Assembly: GCA_964536865.1 (NCBI GenBank)
Contig: CAZHYN010000011.1
Location: 15,248 to 47,247 of the forward strand
Reading direction: 5' to 3'
Length of the DNA: 32,000 nucleotides
Source: an uncultured Planctomycetia bacterium
Lineage (GTDB): Bacteria; Omnitrophota; Gorgyraeia; Duberdicusellales; 4484-171
Part shown: piece after piece, positions 14,277 through 23,790 of the stretch
How positions within the stretch are numbered: the first letter of the stretch is position 1
How the letters are laid out: the number at the start of each line of letters is the position of its first letter
The notes under the pieces: generated by a model
Databases searched by the model: none
Told to the model about the DNA's origin: nothing
The model's input: only the letters and a program-made list of their open reading frames with translations
Program-made: the position numbers and the translations under genes

Positions 14277-14561
14277 ATGGAGGATAGAGGGAATAAGAAA
14301 GTTAAAATATGCAAAATATGCAATGAGGAATTTATTCCTGACAAATTTCATCCTTATCAGGAAGTTTGTTCAAAGCCCCAATGCCAAAAGGTAAGGCAAT
14401 TAGAAAATCAAAAGAGATGGCGACTTAAAAATCCTGATTATTTTAAATACAAGAGTAAAAAAACTCCTTGGGAGAGAAGACGTTGGGAATACCTTAAGAG
14501 GTGGAGAGAAACCCATAAGGACTATTTTAAATTGTATAGAAGAAAGAAAAAATTAAGTTAG
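14277..14561 (+). CDS. Orphan zinc-ribbon protein with a Trp/Arg/Lys-rich repeated tail (94 aa)
   Basis: CKICNEEF...CSKPQC (CxxC...CxxxxC), then two similar segments QKRWRLKNPDYFKY and LKRWRETHKDYFKL. The SD is weak. Residues upstream in the track ORF overlap tRNA-Glu and are not coding. Confidence 0.5.
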   Translation: MEDRGNKKVKICKICNEEFIPDKFHPYQEVCSKPQCQKVRQLENQKRWRLKNPDYFKYKSKKTPWERRRWEYLKRWRETHKDYFKLYRRKKKLS

Positions 14562-14623
14562 AGAGAAACGGAAGTTAAATCTAAAGTATCATATCTAGAA
14601 CCTCCTAAGGAAAAGTAGACAAG

Positions 14624-14653
14624 ACTCCTTAATATACGAGGAGTTTAAATATT
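14624..14653 (+). terminator. Weak candidate intrinsic terminator (ACTCCTT-aatatac-GAGGAGT then TTAAATATT)
   Basis: 7-bp stem including one G-U pair and a 7-nt loop. The trailing tract is A/T-rich rather than a clean U-run. Confidence 0.25.
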
Positions 14654-14845
14654 GGAAAGAAAATTCTCTGTAATTAGCTATCTATTTCTCTATAATTTCT
14701 TTGAGAACCTAATTCCTCGAGGCTGAAAATTTTGCTCAAGAGTTCCCTTATCTTCATTATCTTCTCATCAATATAAAATTAAGAAGTAACAAAAATAATA
14801 AAAAGATAAATTCTGTTCTCTCATAGTTTAATTATAGGATATTTA

Positions 14846-14854
14846 TGGTATAAT
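14846..14854 (+). promoter_or_regulatory. Extended -10 element TGgTATAAT upstream of hisI, flanked by the inverted repeat ATAGGAT/ATCCTAT
   Basis: TATAAT at 14849-14854 with TG at 14846-14847. The dyad arms sit at 14834-14840 and 14853-14859. Lies 35 nt upstream of ATG 14889. Confidence 0.4.
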
Positions 14855-14888
14855 CCTATTATATAATGAGAACGTTGGGAGGTATAAT

Positions 14889-15221
14889 ATGAAAGTAAAT
14901 CTAAGGAGGATACCTAAATTACGGTTTGATAAGAGAGGATTGATCCCAGCAATTATTCAGGATAGAAAGACTAAGGAAGTTCTCATGCTTGGTTATATGA
15001 GTAAGGAGTCCTTGAAAATTACTCTTAAAGAGGGGAGAACTTGTTTCTACTCTCGCTCACGAAGAGTTCTATGGCGAAAAGGAGAAACCAGTGGTAATAT
15101 TCAGAAGGTAAGAGAGATTTACTACGATTGTGATAAAGATGCCTTACTTATTAAAGTAGAGCAAGTAGGTGTTGCTTGTCATACAGGCAATAGGAGCTGT
15201 TTTTATAGAAGATTAATATAG
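14889..15221 (+). CDS. hisI: Phosphoribosyl-AMP cyclohydrolase (monofunctional HisI)
   Basis: GLIPAIIQD...[12 protein letters not shown]...[22 protein letters not shown]...[26 protein letters not shown]. Confidence 0.92.
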   Translation: MKVNLRRIPKLRFDKRGLIPAIIQDRKTKEVLMLGYMSKESLKITLKEGRTCFYSRSRRVLWRKGETSGNIQKVREIYYDCDKDALLIKVEQVGVACHTGNRSCFYRRLI

Positions 15222-15224
15222 AAA

Positions 15225-16703
15225 ATGATTGTAAATCCTTCCTTAAGCGAATTTTTAAAACTTCCCCTGAAAAAGAATTTAGTTGTTTTCTCTTATAGGT
15301 TCCATTGCGACTGGCTTACTCCCCTTTCTATTTACTATAACTTAAGGGAATATATAAAAGGGGAGAGTTTCCTTCTCGAATCTGTTGAGGGAGAAGAAAA
15401 GATTTCTCGTTACTCCTTTTTAGGATTTAAGCCTCTGGCAGTGTTTATGAGTCAGAAGAATAATGTATGGTATACCTACCATGGTAAGAAGATAAGAAAG
15501 ATCTTACAGAGAAAAGATCCTTTGGATGAATTGAAAAAGTTAATGTCTAAGTTTAAGGTATGGCCAAAAAAGAATTTAAGGTTCTTTGGGGGATTTGTGG
15601 GTTATTTAGGCTACGACTTTGTAAGATTCTGTGAACCGATAGGGGAAGAGCTACCTGACAGGATTGGCACGCCTGATTGTTATTTTATTTTACCTAAATA
15701 CTTGATTATATTTGACCATCTTAAGAGGGAGATTGAGATACTGTTGTTCTCTTCTCTAAGAGGTAAACCTACTCCCACCTTCTATTGGAAGGAATTAAAA
15801 GAGTTAAAAAAAATAGTAAAACGTATCTCTAGTTTTAAAGCATTACCATTACTTAATCTGCAAAAGAAGACCCATCTTAAGTTTAAGTCAAATTTCACTA
15901 AGAGAGATTTTATAAAAGCAGTAAAAAAAGTAAAAAAGTATATAAGAGAAGGAGAAATTATCCAAGTGGTTCTTTCTCAACGGTTAGAAATAGAGTTTAA
16001 AAAAGACCCTTTTCTGGCCTATCGCTATTTAAGACTACTTAATCCCTCTCCTTATATGTACTATTTAGATTTTGGTAGACTAAAGATAGTAGGAGCTTCT
16101 CCAGAGATGCTCTTAAGATGTGAAAGGCAAGTTCTTACTACTCGTCCCATTGCAGGAACAAGAAGAAGAGGGAGGACTGAGGAAGAAGATAAGAGATTAG
16201 AAGGAGATTTGCTTTCTGATGCTAAAGAGAGAGCAGAACATTTAATGCTTGTAGACTTAGCAAGGAACGATTTAGGGAGAGTAGCTTCTTCAGGTAGTGT
16301 AGGAGTTCCTATCTTTATGAGTATAGAGAGATTTTCTCATGTCATGCATATTGTAAGTGAGGTACAAGCAGGATTAGATAGGAGATTTAATATCTTTGAT
16401 GCATTGAAAGCTTGCTTTCCTGCGGGGACAGTTAGCGGTGCTCCCAAGGTTAGAGCTATGCAGATAATTAATGAATTAGAACCTGATAGGAGAGGAATTT
16501 ACGCAGGATGCGTAGGATATTTTTCGTTTACAGGAGCCTTAGATACTTGTATAATAATCCGCACCATTGTTTTCAAAGAAGGTCGTGCTTACGTTCAGGC
16601 AGGAGCAGGGATTGTCGCTGATTCTAAACCAGAAAGGGAGTTTAAAGAGATACTCAATAAAGCTAAAGCCCAAATTTTAGCGTTGAGGATAGCCAATCAG
16701 TAG
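15225..16703 (+). CDS. trpE: Anthranilate synthase component I (TrpE; PabB not fully excluded)
   Basis: [19 protein letters not shown] (TrpE-type LLES...RYS block), chorismate-binding core [61 protein letters not shown]. Confidence 0.85.
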   Translation: MIVNPSLSEFLKLPLKKNLVVFSYRFHCDWLTPLSIYYNLREYIKGESFLLESVEGEEKISRYSFLGFKPLAVFMSQKNNVWYTYHGKKIRKILQRKDPLDELKKLMSKFKVWPKKNLRFFGGFVGYLGYDFVRFCEPIGEELPDRIGTPDCYFILPKYLIIFDHLKREIEILLFSSLRGKPTPTFYWKELKELKKIVKRISSFKALPLLNLQKKTHLKFKSNFTKRDFIKAVKKVKKYIREGEIIQVVLSQRLEIEFKKDPFLAYRYLRLLNPSPYMYYLDFGRLKIVGASPEMLLRCERQVLTTRPIAGTRRRGRTEEEDKRLEGDLLSDAKERAEHLMLVDLARNDLGRVASSGSVGVPIFMSIERFSHVMHIVSEVQAGLDRRFNIFDALKACFPAGTVSGAPKVRAMQIINELEPDRRGIYAGCVGYFSFTGALDTCIIIRTIVFKEGRAYVQAGAGIVADSKPEREFKEILNKAKAQILALRIANQ

Positions 16704-16719
16704 GAGCCAAGGAGGAGAT

Positions 16720-16968
16720 ATGCTAAAGATTAGGCTAAGGAAGCCAGGAAAGCCTGTAAAGAGAAGACACCACTTTAAGATTATAGTATGTGAAGCAAGG
16801 ACTCCTCGAGAGTCAAAATTTGTGGAGGAATTAGGTTACTATGATCCTTCACGAAACTTACTAAAAGTTGATCTTTCCAAGTATGAGGAATGGTTAAAAA
16901 AAGGCGCTAAACCTACGGAGACGGTAGCAAGTCTGGTTAAGAAGTATAGAAGACAAAGTAGTAAGTAA
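16720..16968 (+). CDS. rpsP: 30S ribosomal protein S16
   Basis: MLKIRLRKPGKPVKRRHHFKIIVCEARTPRESKFVEELGYYDP. SD AAGGAGG upstream. Confidence 0.95.
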   Translation: MLKIRLRKPGKPVKRRHHFKIIVCEARTPRESKFVEELGYYDPSRNLLKVDLSKYEEWLKKGAKPTETVASLVKKYRRQSSK

Positions 16969-16991
16969 TTATAAAGCCAAGGAGGTCGGTT

Positions 16992-17276
16992 ATGGAGCAA
17001 AGTCAGCCTACGGCTTTAGTACAGCTTCTTCCTCTCATCTTTCTCTTTGTTGTTTTCTATTTTCTTCTTATTCGACCTCAGAGAAAGAAACAGATAGAAC
17101 ATCAAAAGATGATCGAAAGCCTTAAGAAGAATGATGAGGTAGTAACTGTAGGAGGTATTCATGGCACAATTATAAATGTTAAAGAGAAGACATTTATTAT
17201 AAGAGTTGATGATAATGTTAAAATTGAAGTAGATAAGTCCAGTGTAGCTTACGTAAAGAAGCAGAGAAAAGAGTAA
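16992..17276 (+). CDS. yajC: Preprotein translocase subunit YajC
   Basis: Single TM followed by LIRPQRKKQIEHQKMIESLKKNDEVVTVGGIHGTI. Lies upstream of secDF. Confidence 0.9.
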   Translation: MEQSQPTALVQLLPLIFLFVVFYFLLIRPQRKKQIEHQKMIESLKKNDEVVTVGGIHGTIINVKEKTFIIRVDDNVKIEVDKSSVAYVKKQRKE

Positions 17277-17308
17277 ACCGATTTCAACGTTTTGATTAGC
17301 AAAAATTT

Positions 17309-19489
17309 TTGGTTATGATTAAACCCAAAGATTTTAAGTTAAGATTAACAATTATTTTAGGGATAGTCCTACTGAGTTTTTTCTATATTTTGCCTCTTAA
17401 TACCAAGATAAATTTAGGTCTGGATTTAAAAGGAGGGATGTATGTAGTTCTAAAAGTGGACACCTCTAAGGTTCCTAAAGAGAAAGTATCTCAGGCAAGC
17501 GAGGTGGCTTTGGAAGTAATAAGGAATAGAATAGATGAGTTTGGAGTAAAAGAGCCGAATATTCAAATCCAGGGAAAAGATTCTATTTTAGTTCAACTCC
17601 CGGGAGTAGTGGATAGAGAGAGAGTTTTAAAGATAATCGGTCAAACTGCTTTTTTAGAGTTTAAATTAGTAGAAGATGATGAGAAGAAGCTAAAGCAGGC
17701 TTTGGAAGGCAATATCTTTGAGGGTTATGAGTTGAAATATCTTGATGAGAAACCTCTTCTTTTAAAGAGTGAAGCTTCTATTAAAGGTTCAGATTTAGCC
17801 ACTGCTACTTCTACTTTTGATTCTAATATGTTTCCTATTGTTACTCTGAAGTTTAATAGCGAAGGTACCAAGAGGTTTGCTAAAATCACCAAAGAGAATG
17901 TAGGAAGAAGGTTAGCTATTGTTTTAGATGGAGTAGTAAAAAGTGCTCCCGTAATTAGAGAGCCGATTTTAAGTGGCGATGCTCAGATAACTGGAGATTT
18001 TACTGTTCAAGAAGCTCGTGATTTAGCTTTGGTTTTAAGAGCAGGGGCCCTCCCAGCCCCCCTAAAGATAGAAGAAGAAAGGACAGTTGGTCCTCTTTTG
18101 GGTAGTGATTCCATAAGGAGAGGATTACTTTCTATAGTTATTGGAGCAATATTGGTAGTTATTTTTATGGGTAGTTACTATTTTATAGGAGGATTAGTAG
18201 CCTTTATATGTCTTATTCTTGATTTAGTTTTTGTTTTAGCAGGACTCAGTTTGTTGAGAGCAACGTTGACTCTCCCGGGAATTGCAGGGATGATTCTAAC
18301 CTTAGGAATGGCTGTTGATGCTAATGTGTTGGTTTTTGAGAGAATTAGAGAGGAGCTTAAAGTAAATAAACCTTTGAGTTTAGCAGTGAAAAATGGATTT
18401 GATAAAGCAAAGAGAACTATTTTTGATGCTAATATTACTACCTTAATTGCCGCTCTTTTCCTCTTTATCTATGGGACCGGTCCTATACGAGGTTTTGCTA
18501 CTACTTTATCTTTAGGAATAATAGCAAGCATCTTTACCTCTCTTTTTGTGGGGAGAACTATTTTTTATATATTCCTCAGCATAGGTTTAAAGAAATTCAG
18601 AATGGTCGAATTAGTTAAGTCACCTAATATTAATTTTGTGAAGTTTAAAAATATTTGCTTTATTATTTCTTTAGTATTGATAGGTATAGGTTTTTTTAGT
18701 TTTAAATCGAGAGGAGAAAGAATATGGGGCATAGATTTTAAAGGAGGTCAGCTTCTTCAGTATAAACTTCAACCCCCCTCTAAAATCGAAAAGGTAAGAA
18801 GAGTTTTAGAGGAAGGAGGAGTTAAGAATATAATCTTGCAGGAGTTTAAAGACATTAAAGGAGGTGTTCTTATAAAAAGTAAGAGTGACATTACCCAAAA
18901 AGTAGAAGATATCTTAAAAAAGAACTTTGGTAAAGTAATTAGACTAAAAATAAACACTATCGGACCAACAGTAGGAGCAATTTTAAGAAAAAAAGCTATT
19001 CTTGCTGTAAGTATGTCTCTTTTAGGTATACTTATTTATGTTGCCTTCAGATTTAAACATCTGGATTTTGCTATAGCAGGGATAATTGCTCTTTTTCATG
19101 ATGTTTTAATAAGTATAGGTTTCGTCTGTTTATGGGGATATGAGATTAGTCTTTTAGTTGTTACTGCTATTTTAACTATCGCAGGATACTCTATAAATGA
19201 TACTATTGTAATTTATGACCGTATAAGAGAGCTGAGCCCTCGAATGCATAAGGTATCTTTGAGAGAGATAATAAATTCTGCTATTAATCAAACTCTCTCT
19301 CGGACAATTATTACATCTTTTACTACTATCCTTGTGGTTATGTGTATTTTTACTCTGGGTGGAGAAGCATTGAAGAGCTTTTCTTTTACTCTCTTGGCAG
19401 GGTTTATTGCGGGAACATATTCCTCAATATATATAGCCTCTCCGTTAGTTTTAGCCTTTCGTAAGTTTTCTTCTTTATCTACTAGATAA
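17309..19489 (+). CDS. secDF: Fused protein-export membrane protein SecDF
   Basis: SecD part: LGLDLKGG, IDEFGVKEPNIQ, LEFKLV, LAIVLDG, ALVLRAGALPAPL, VDANVLVFERIREE. SecF part: GIDFKGG, FHDVLISIGF, GYSINDTIVIYDRIRE. The likely start is ATG 17315. Confidence 0.92.
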   Translation: MVMIKPKDFKLRLTIILGIVLLSFFYILPLNTKINLGLDLKGGMYVVLKVDTSKVPKEKVSQASEVALEVIRNRIDEFGVKEPNIQIQGKDSILVQLPGVVDRERVLKIIGQTAFLEFKLVEDDEKKLKQALEGNIFEGYELKYLDEKPLLLKSEASIKGSDLATATSTFDSNMFPIVTLKFNSEGTKRFAKITKENVGRRLAIVLDGVVKSAPVIREPILSGDAQITGDFTVQEARDLALVLRAGALPAPLKIEEERTVGPLLGSDSIRRGLLSIVIGAILVVIFMGSYYFIGGLVAFICLILDLVFVLAGLSLLRATLTLPGIAGMILTLGMAVDANVLVFERIREELKVNKPLSLAVKNGFDKAKRTIFDANITTLIAALFLFIYGTGPIRGFATTLSLGIIASIFTSLFVGRTIFYIFLSIGLKKFRMVELVKSPNINFVKFKNICFIISLVLIGIGFFSFKSRGERIWGIDFKGGQLLQYKLQPPSKIEKVRRVLEEGGVKNIILQEFKDIKGGVLIKSKSDITQKVEDILKKNFGKVIRLKINTIGPTVGAILRKKAILAVSMSLLGILIYVAFRFKHLDFAIAGIIALFHDVLISIGFVCLWGYEISLLVVTAILTIAGYSINDTIVIYDRIRELSPRMHKVSLREIINSAINQTLSRTIITSFTTILVVMCIFTLGGEALKSFSFTLLAGFIAGTYSSIYIASPLVLAFRKFSSLSTR

Positions 19490-19490
19490 A

Positions 19491-20012
19491 ATGGTTGTAC
19501 TTAATCAAGAGGAGATAAAAAAATTAATTTTAGAAGAAGAGCTCATTAGAGAATACATTGATCTAGATATTCAGCTCACTCCCAATGGTTTTGATTTTAC
19601 TGTAGAGAAAATATTCAAGTTTAAAGGGGAGGGAGCAGTGGATTTCTCCAACACTGAGAGGGTACTTCCCCCTACTGAAGAGGCCCCCTTTATGGAACCA
19701 ATCCCTCCTGATAAGAGGGCATGGTGGTGGTTGCCTAAAGGGGTATATAAGGTGAGAACAAATGAAGTGGTCAATCTTCCTATAGATCTAATAGCTTTAG
19801 CCTTTCCTAGAAGTTCCCTCTTAAGAATGGGGGTTTACACTCACAATGCTGTGTGGGATGCTGGGTTTAAAGGCAGAAGTGAATTTCTCTTAGTTGTGGA
19901 GAACTCCCAGGGGGTAAAGATAAAACAAAACGCAAGGTTAATTCAGGTAATCTTTATTAGAATCAATAAGCCATCTTATGGATATCAAGGAATCTATCAG
20001 AACTATAAGTAA
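19491..20012 (+). CDS. dut: dUTPase of the dCTP-deaminase-like (archaeal-type) trimeric family
   Basis: IQLTPNGFDFTVEKIFKFKGEGAVDFSN...AFPRSSLLRMGV...AVWDAGFKGRSEFLLV...RLIQVIF resembles archaeal-type Dut/Dcd family proteins. Confidence 0.7.
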   Translation: MVVLNQEEIKKLILEEELIREYIDLDIQLTPNGFDFTVEKIFKFKGEGAVDFSNTERVLPPTEEAPFMEPIPPDKRAWWWLPKGVYKVRTNEVVNLPIDLIALAFPRSSLLRMGVYTHNAVWDAGFKGRSEFLLVVENSQGVKIKQNARLIQVIFIRINKPSYGYQGIYQNYK

Positions 20013-20060
20013 CCTAAAATATTTAAGAGATTTTTCCTTCTTGGGTAGATAAAAATAGAT

Positions 20061-21956
20061 ATGTTTCCCACTTTAAAAATATACACTCACAAGGAAGAGA
20101 GTCTTTCCCAAATAGTAAATAAGATAGCAGAGCTTGGCTATCACAGAGTAGATGAAGTATTAGAAGAAGGAGACTTCTCCCTTAAAGGTGACATTCTGGA
20201 AATTTTTCCTGTAAATTTTAATTTTCCTGTAAGGATAGAGTGGGAGTTCGAAGTAATTAGAGAAATTTATAGTTTTGATAAGACTATTAATAAAAAGATA
20301 ATGGGATACAATTTCCTTATTCTTCTCCCTTATAGGAAAAAGAAACCAAAAAGATACTCAGAAGAAATGCCTTTAGATATTGTCTTAAAAATAAATAAAG
20401 GAGACTATGTAGTTCATACTCGCTATGGTATAGGTAAATTTTTAGGAACAAAGAGATTGGAAGTAAGAAGTAAGGAAGGATACTATTTTGAAATAGAGTA
20501 TGCTAATCAAGATAAGCTCTATGTATCGGTAGAAGAAGCTCACTTGATTCAAAAATACATAAGTTTTTCTCCTAAACCCCCCAAACTTTCTCGCCTTGGC
20601 TCAAGAGAGTGGCTTCGTACTAAAGAGAGAGTAGAGCAAGGGATAAGAAGTTACGCCTTAGAACTTTTAAGAATTCAAGCTCAACGGACACTATTGGGAG
20701 GATTTAAGTTTTCTCCTGATAGTGAATGGCAAAAGATTTTTGAAGAAAAGTTTCCTTACCAGGAAACAGAGGATCAGATTAAAGCTACTTACGAAGTAAA
20801 AAGAGATATGGAACAGAAGCAGTGTATGGATAGGTTAGTCTGTGGAGATACTGGCTACGGTAAGACCGAAGTGGCTATGCGGGCAGCATTTAAAGCAGTG
20901 ATGGATGGGAAGCAGGTAGCATTTTTAGTGCCTACTACTATTCTGGCATATCAGCACTATAAGAATTTAGTAAAGAGGGTAGAAGACTTCCCTGTGGTAG
21001 TAGAATTACTCTCTCGGTTTAGAACTAAGCATCAACAGGAGGAGGTTGTAAGAAGACTGAAGGAGGGTAAAATTGATATAGTGGTAGGAACACATCGACT
21101 TCTTTCTCAGGATGTAGAGTTTCATGATTTGGGGCTTCTTATTATTGATGAAGAACAGAGATTTGGAGTTAGAGCTAAGGAGAAATTAAAGAAGTTAAAA
21201 TTAGGAGTAGATGTCCTTACTTTAACCGCTACTCCTATTCCTCGTACCCTCTATATGGGACTTATAGGGATAAAGGAAATATCTTTGATAAGAACCCCTC
21301 CTAAAGAAAGATTGGCGGTAAGGACAAAAGTAGCAGAATTTTCTCCTCAACTTCTTAAAGAAACAATAACTAAAGAGGTAAACAGAGGAGGGAGTGTATT
21401 TTTTATCCATAACCGAATTCATACTTTAGATAGAATACTTAAGATTTTAAAGAGGGTTCTTCCCTCTCATATTAGGATAGGAGTGGTTCATGGAAAGATG
21501 CCTTCCTCTTCTATAGAAAAAGTAATGTTAGATTTTATTGAGAAAAGGATTGATTGTCTTCTTACTACGGCGATTGTAGAATCAGGCATAGATATTCCTC
21601 ATGCCAATACTATTATCGTTAACGATGCTCACACTTTTGGTTTAAGTGACTTACACCAGTTACGAGGGAGAGTAGGTAGGTTTAATATTCAAGCTTATGC
21701 TTATTTCTTGGTTCCAAAATTTTCTTCTATATCTAGTGAGGCTAAAAAAAGATTGAAGCTTTTAGAGGAGTTTTCTCATTTAGGTGCAGGTTTTGAGATC
21801 GCTATGAGTGATTTGGAGTTAAGAGGAGCGGGCAACCTCTTAGGTGTCCAACAACACGGGTTTGTTTGGATGATTGGGTTTGATCTTTACTGCCGTCTTC
21901 TTAAAAAAGAGATAGAATATTTAAAAGAAGCATTCAAGATTGAAATAGGAGGTTAA
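20061..21956 (+). CDS. mfd: Transcription-repair coupling factor, minimal form (631 aa)
   Basis: Short UvrB-like segment LGYHRVDEVLEEGDFSLKGDILEIFP...VRIEW...FD; RNAP-interaction (CarD/TRCF) motif GDYVVHTRYGIGKFLG...IEYANQDKLYV; SF2 motifs GDTGYGKTEVA, IIDEEQRFG, TATPIPRT, GRVGR; and GAGNLLGVQQHG. The protein ends about 15 aa after GFDLYCRLL. Confidence 0.85.
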   Translation: MFPTLKIYTHKEESLSQIVNKIAELGYHRVDEVLEEGDFSLKGDILEIFPVNFNFPVRIEWEFEVIREIYSFDKTINKKIMGYNFLILLPYRKKKPKRYSEEMPLDIVLKINKGDYVVHTRYGIGKFLGTKRLEVRSKEGYYFEIEYANQDKLYVSVEEAHLIQKYISFSPKPPKLSRLGSREWLRTKERVEQGIRSYALELLRIQAQRTLLGGFKFSPDSEWQKIFEEKFPYQETEDQIKATYEVKRDMEQKQCMDRLVCGDTGYGKTEVAMRAAFKAVMDGKQVAFLVPTTILAYQHYKNLVKRVEDFPVVVELLSRFRTKHQQEEVVRRLKEGKIDIVVGTHRLLSQDVEFHDLGLLIIDEEQRFGVRAKEKLKKLKLGVDVLTLTATPIPRTLYMGLIGIKEISLIRTPPKERLAVRTKVAEFSPQLLKETITKEVNRGGSVFFIHNRIHTLDRILKILKRVLPSHIRIGVVHGKMPSSSIEKVMLDFIEKRIDCLLTTAIVESGIDIPHANTIIVNDAHTFGLSDLHQLRGRVGRFNIQAYAYFLVPKFSSISSEAKKRLKLLEEFSHLGAGFEIAMSDLELRGAGNLLGVQQHGFVWMIGFDLYCRLLKKEIEYLKEAFKIEIGG

Positions 21957-21958
21957 GG

Positions 21959-22855
21959 TTGAAAAGAAAGATTAAATTAGTATGGATAGTAATCTTCGCT
22001 GTAAATTTCCTTTTTCTGGATAAGTGTTTAGCAATAGAAGCGGAATCAGTAAGTAGAATAATTGCTAATGTCAATGGAGAGGTAATCACCTCCAAAGACT
22101 TAGATAATTATTGTAATTTTTTAAAGTATAAAAATCCAGAAATTGAGATTAACGAGGAGTTCAAAAAAAATCTACTCCAGAGACTTATCGAGGATAAATT
22201 GATAATCTCTCAGGCTAGGAGAGAAAAAATTGAGGTTCCTTCCAGTTGGATAAAAGATCGAATGCAGGCATTTATCTCCTCTTATCCATCCTATGAGGCT
22301 TTTCAAGCTTCTTTAATAAAAGAAGGATTAACTATTACTGCTTTAAAGGAAAAGTTGAAAGAGCAATATTTAACTCAAAAAATTATTGATGAATATGTGC
22401 GTTCAAAAATAAGCATTTCTCCCCAGGAGATAACTGATTTTTATAACAGTAATAAGGAAATTTTTAGAGAGCCTAAAAAGTACATAATTTGGATGGCAAA
22501 GGTGGATAGTGAGGAAAAAGCGGAGGAATTAAATAATAAACTAAAAGCTGAGGGGATAAATTCTTTGGATAAGGAGAGTTATGGATTAGTGAGATTAGAA
22601 GTTGAAGAGAAGAGTTTGAAGGAGGAAGTGAGAGCAGTGGTTACCACTTTAAAAGAAGGGGAGTCAAAAATACAAAAGTCCTCCGATTTTTATTATCTGA
22701 TATATCTAGAGAAGGTATTTCCTTCTAAGATAGTTCCCTTAGAAAAAGCTAAAGAGGAGATACATTCCTATCTCTGGGAAAAAAAATTTAAAGAGGAGTT
22801 TACTAGATGGATAAATAAGTTAAAAGAGAAAGCATTAATAAAAATCTATGATTAA
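21959..22855 (+). CDS. SurA/PrsA-like periplasmic chaperone (SurA N-terminal domain plus a degenerate parvulin-like domain)
   Basis: Signal peptide, then ANVNGEVITSKDLD...LLQRLIEDKLIISQA. Sits in the conserved surA-pdxA-ksgA order. TTG start. Confidence 0.7.
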   Translation: MKRKIKLVWIVIFAVNFLFLDKCLAIEAESVSRIIANVNGEVITSKDLDNYCNFLKYKNPEIEINEEFKKNLLQRLIEDKLIISQARREKIEVPSSWIKDRMQAFISSYPSYEAFQASLIKEGLTITALKEKLKEQYLTQKIIDEYVRSKISISPQEITDFYNSNKEIFREPKKYIIWMAKVDSEEKAEELNNKLKAEGINSLDKESYGLVRLEVEEKSLKEEVRAVVTTLKEGESKIQKSSDFYYLIYLEKVFPSKIVPLEKAKEEIHSYLWEKKFKEEFTRWINKLKEKALIKIYD

Positions 22856-23780
22856 AAAGGTAGTGATTACTATTGGGGATCCTGCAGGGTGTGGTCCGAT
22901 TATAACATTGAAAGCTATAGAAAATATAGGGAGGAAGGATTTAACATTTATCGTTGTAGGTGATAGAAAAGTCCTGGAAGAAATTCCTACATTCAGGCGG
23001 ATTAGAAAGAAAATAGAGCTGATAGACTTAAACACTAAAGGTATTTCTAAGCTTAAGAAAGGAAGAGTAACTAAACTAGGAGGAATTGCTTCCATTTCCT
23101 ATCTTAATAAAGCCTTAGAAATTGTTACTAAGAGAAAAATTCCCTCTTTAGTCACTGCACCATTATCTAAAGAAGCAGTAAGATTATCTTTTCCCAACTT
23201 TTTGGGTCATACCGAATATTTAGCCAATTACTTCGGGATAAAGAGATTTGCTATGATGATGGTATCCAGAAATTTTAAAGTAGTTCTTTTCACTCGTCAT
23301 ATAGATTTTAAGGAGGTGCCTCTACAGATTAAGAAAAAAGAATTGGTAGAGCATTTTCATCTCATTTACTCTTTCTTAAAAGAAAGATTTAAGGTTGATA
23401 CTCCTAAGATAGGAGTATGTAGCCTAAATCCCCATGCAGGGATAGATACTTACTTAGGGGAGGAAGAGAAAGTAATAAAGGAAGCAATAGATAGTTCTTT
23501 GCTACCCTTAAGAGGGCCGTACCCTGCTGATACAATCTTTATACCTACAAATATGAAGAAATTTCACTGTATAATAGCCCTTTACCATGATCAGGGAATG
23601 ATACCCTTTAAGCTCCTCTCTTTTAAGGAGGGAGTGAATTTGACAGTCGGTCTTCCCATAATAAGGACTTCTCCCGCCCATGGCGTGGCATTTGATCGGG
23701 TAAGAGAAGGTAAATATCTTGTTTTTTCGTCTATGGTGGAAGCAATGCGCTTGGGAGCTTTCTTAAGTTACTCTTCTTAA
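22848..23780 (+). CDS. pdxA: 4-hydroxythreonine-4-phosphate dehydrogenase
   Basis: ITIGDPAGCGP, GHTEYLA, NPHAG, YHDQGMIPFKLL, RTSPAHGVAFD. Confidence 0.92.
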   Translation: MIKKVVITIGDPAGCGPIITLKAIENIGRKDLTFIVVGDRKVLEEIPTFRRIRKKIELIDLNTKGISKLKKGRVTKLGGIASISYLNKALEIVTKRKIPSLVTAPLSKEAVRLSFPNFLGHTEYLANYFGIKRFAMMMVSRNFKVVLFTRHIDFKEVPLQIKKKELVEHFHLIYSFLKERFKVDTPKIGVCSLNPHAGIDTYLGEEEKVIKEAIDSSLLPLRGPYPADTIFIPTNMKKFHCIIALYHDQGMIPFKLLSFKEGVNLTVGLPIIRTSPAHGVAFDRVREGKYLVFSSMVEAMRLGAFLSYSS

Positions 23781-23790
23781 ATATCCTTTT

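Noticed and set aside
14151-14888. Possibility that the zinc-ribbon gene and the AT-rich gap are an element integrated at tRNA-Glu.
   Set aside because: I found no direct repeat of the tRNA-Glu 3' end (GGTTCAAATCCCGTTGGGGC) downstream and no integrase or recombinase gene. It is kept only as a remark in the finding.
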